From the IMG/VR virus record IMGVR_UViG_3300031088_000759: a stretch of 64,000 bases of DNA. The stretch is one strand, 5' to 3'. The stretch comes from a virus. The number at the start of each line of letters is the position of its first letter. Positions within the stretch are counted from its first letter, which is position 1. The notes beneath the pieces are model-generated. The model ran no database searches. It was given only the letters and a program-made list of their open reading frames with translations, and was not told the origin of the DNA. Shown piece by piece: positions 63,152 through 64,000 of this stretch. Position numbers and translations under genes: made by a program.

Positions 63152-64000
63152 TCAACTTAACCTGTTAGGTGGTGTTGTTTTAGCAGCTGCTTCACGGAAT
63201 AATTTGTCTAAGAATTCAGCATCATCAATATTAGAGCCAGTCATAGAGCGCATATTTGCTGTCTTATTTGTGTAGCTCTGAACAATCTTTTCATCAACGG
63301 TTTTTTCAAGCATAGGGATATATGCAACGCTGTTTTCACCTGATCTATGACATCTTCCCAGAATTTGTTCATTTCTTAAATTATTCTCTCTGAGATCAGC
63401 AAGAATAGTTACACGAGTTGAATTAGTTGCCTTACTTCCGTCAGGCAATATCTCATTTGCATGAAAGCTGACTCCTTCGCTTACTGTACAAATAACAACA
63501 TCAGCTTGTCCTTTTTGGAATTTTATTCTTTCTCTATCTCTTTCTTCTACATTTCTACCGCTAAATTCAACAACCGTTAGCTTTTTGTTTTCCAGAGCTT
63601 CTTTGTATTTATCAATGGTTTCCATAAATTCTACTGATAAGAAAACTTGGCTCCCTGATTCAACAAAATCAACTATTGCATCTACCATAGCATCAACTTT
63701 TAATAATGAAGATTTTTGACGATATCGTAAGTTTTCTACAAGAGCACCTTTAGGGTCTTTGTTAGCTGGGGTAAGACGTAAGAAGTTTCTAAATCTTGTC
63801 CAAGCTTCTTCATAAACAGGTCTTTGTTTAGCAGTTAATTGGATAGGGAAAGGTATAACTTGTTGTTCCGGCCATCCAGCAACATCTTTTGGTGAGCGCA
63901 TAATAAAAGGAGCATTAGGCTTTAATAATGCTTTGCCTATTCTTTGAGCATCTTTACGCTGAACTTGTTTTATTTTTTTTACTTCAAAATCATATTTACG
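63152..64000 (-). CDS. SF2 (SNF2-like) helicase, C-terminal part; truncated by window edge
   Basis: FQKGQADVVICT..SEGVSFH, EQILGRCHRSG motif VI; frame open to 64000. Confidence 0.75.
   Translation of the reverse strand, partial: RKYDFEVKKIKQVQRKDAQRIGKALLKPNAPFIMRSPKDVAGWPEQQVIPFPIQLTAKQRPVYEEAWTRFRNFLRLTPANKDPKGALVENLRYRQKSSLLKVDAMVDAIVDFVESGSQVFLSVEFMETIDKYKEALENKKLTVVEFSGRNVEERDRERIKFQKGQADVVICTVSEGVSFHANEILPDGSKATNSTRVTILADLRENNLRNEQILGRCHRSGENSVAYIPMLEKTVDEKIVQSYTNKTANMRSMTGSNIDDAEFLDKLFREAAAKTTPPNRLS

Overview
AT-rich (roughly 30-33% GC by eye) segment of what is most likely a large or jumbo bacteriophage genome. The host is probably actinobacterial, judged from an actinobacterial-type SecA, NucS and a DUF6458-like membrane protein. 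The window is dominated by a very large minus-strand tRNA array (about 80 tRNA or tRNA-like genes, all 20 amino acids) driven by many TTGACA/TAxxxT promoters. The array is interspersed with six free-standing GIY-YIG/HNH endonucleases, an IS200/IS605-type tnpB element and many unexplained structured non-coding segments. A block of host-like genes (folA, thyA with an insertion, guaC, secA, two DNA methyltransferases, nucS, a helicase fragment) is also present. The most striking observations are: (1) four D-armless, re-wired tRNA-Arg genes with covarying long-range pairing; (2) nine proteins sharing an N-terminal YH-x-C-x-C-x-H leader fused to variable payloads, three of them ADP-ribosyltransferases; (3) a short RF1-like release factor split by an exact RF2-type CTT-TGA-C +1 frameshift with internal SD; (4) a TnpB-less omegaRNA mini-element inserted inside a tRNA-Met; (5) a free-standing mimic of the 23S rRNA L11/GTPase centre and two short tmRNA-like Ala-acceptor RNAs; (6) a six-copy covarying leader hairpin after promoters. 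All calls were made by eye without tools; tRNA ends may be off by a few nt.
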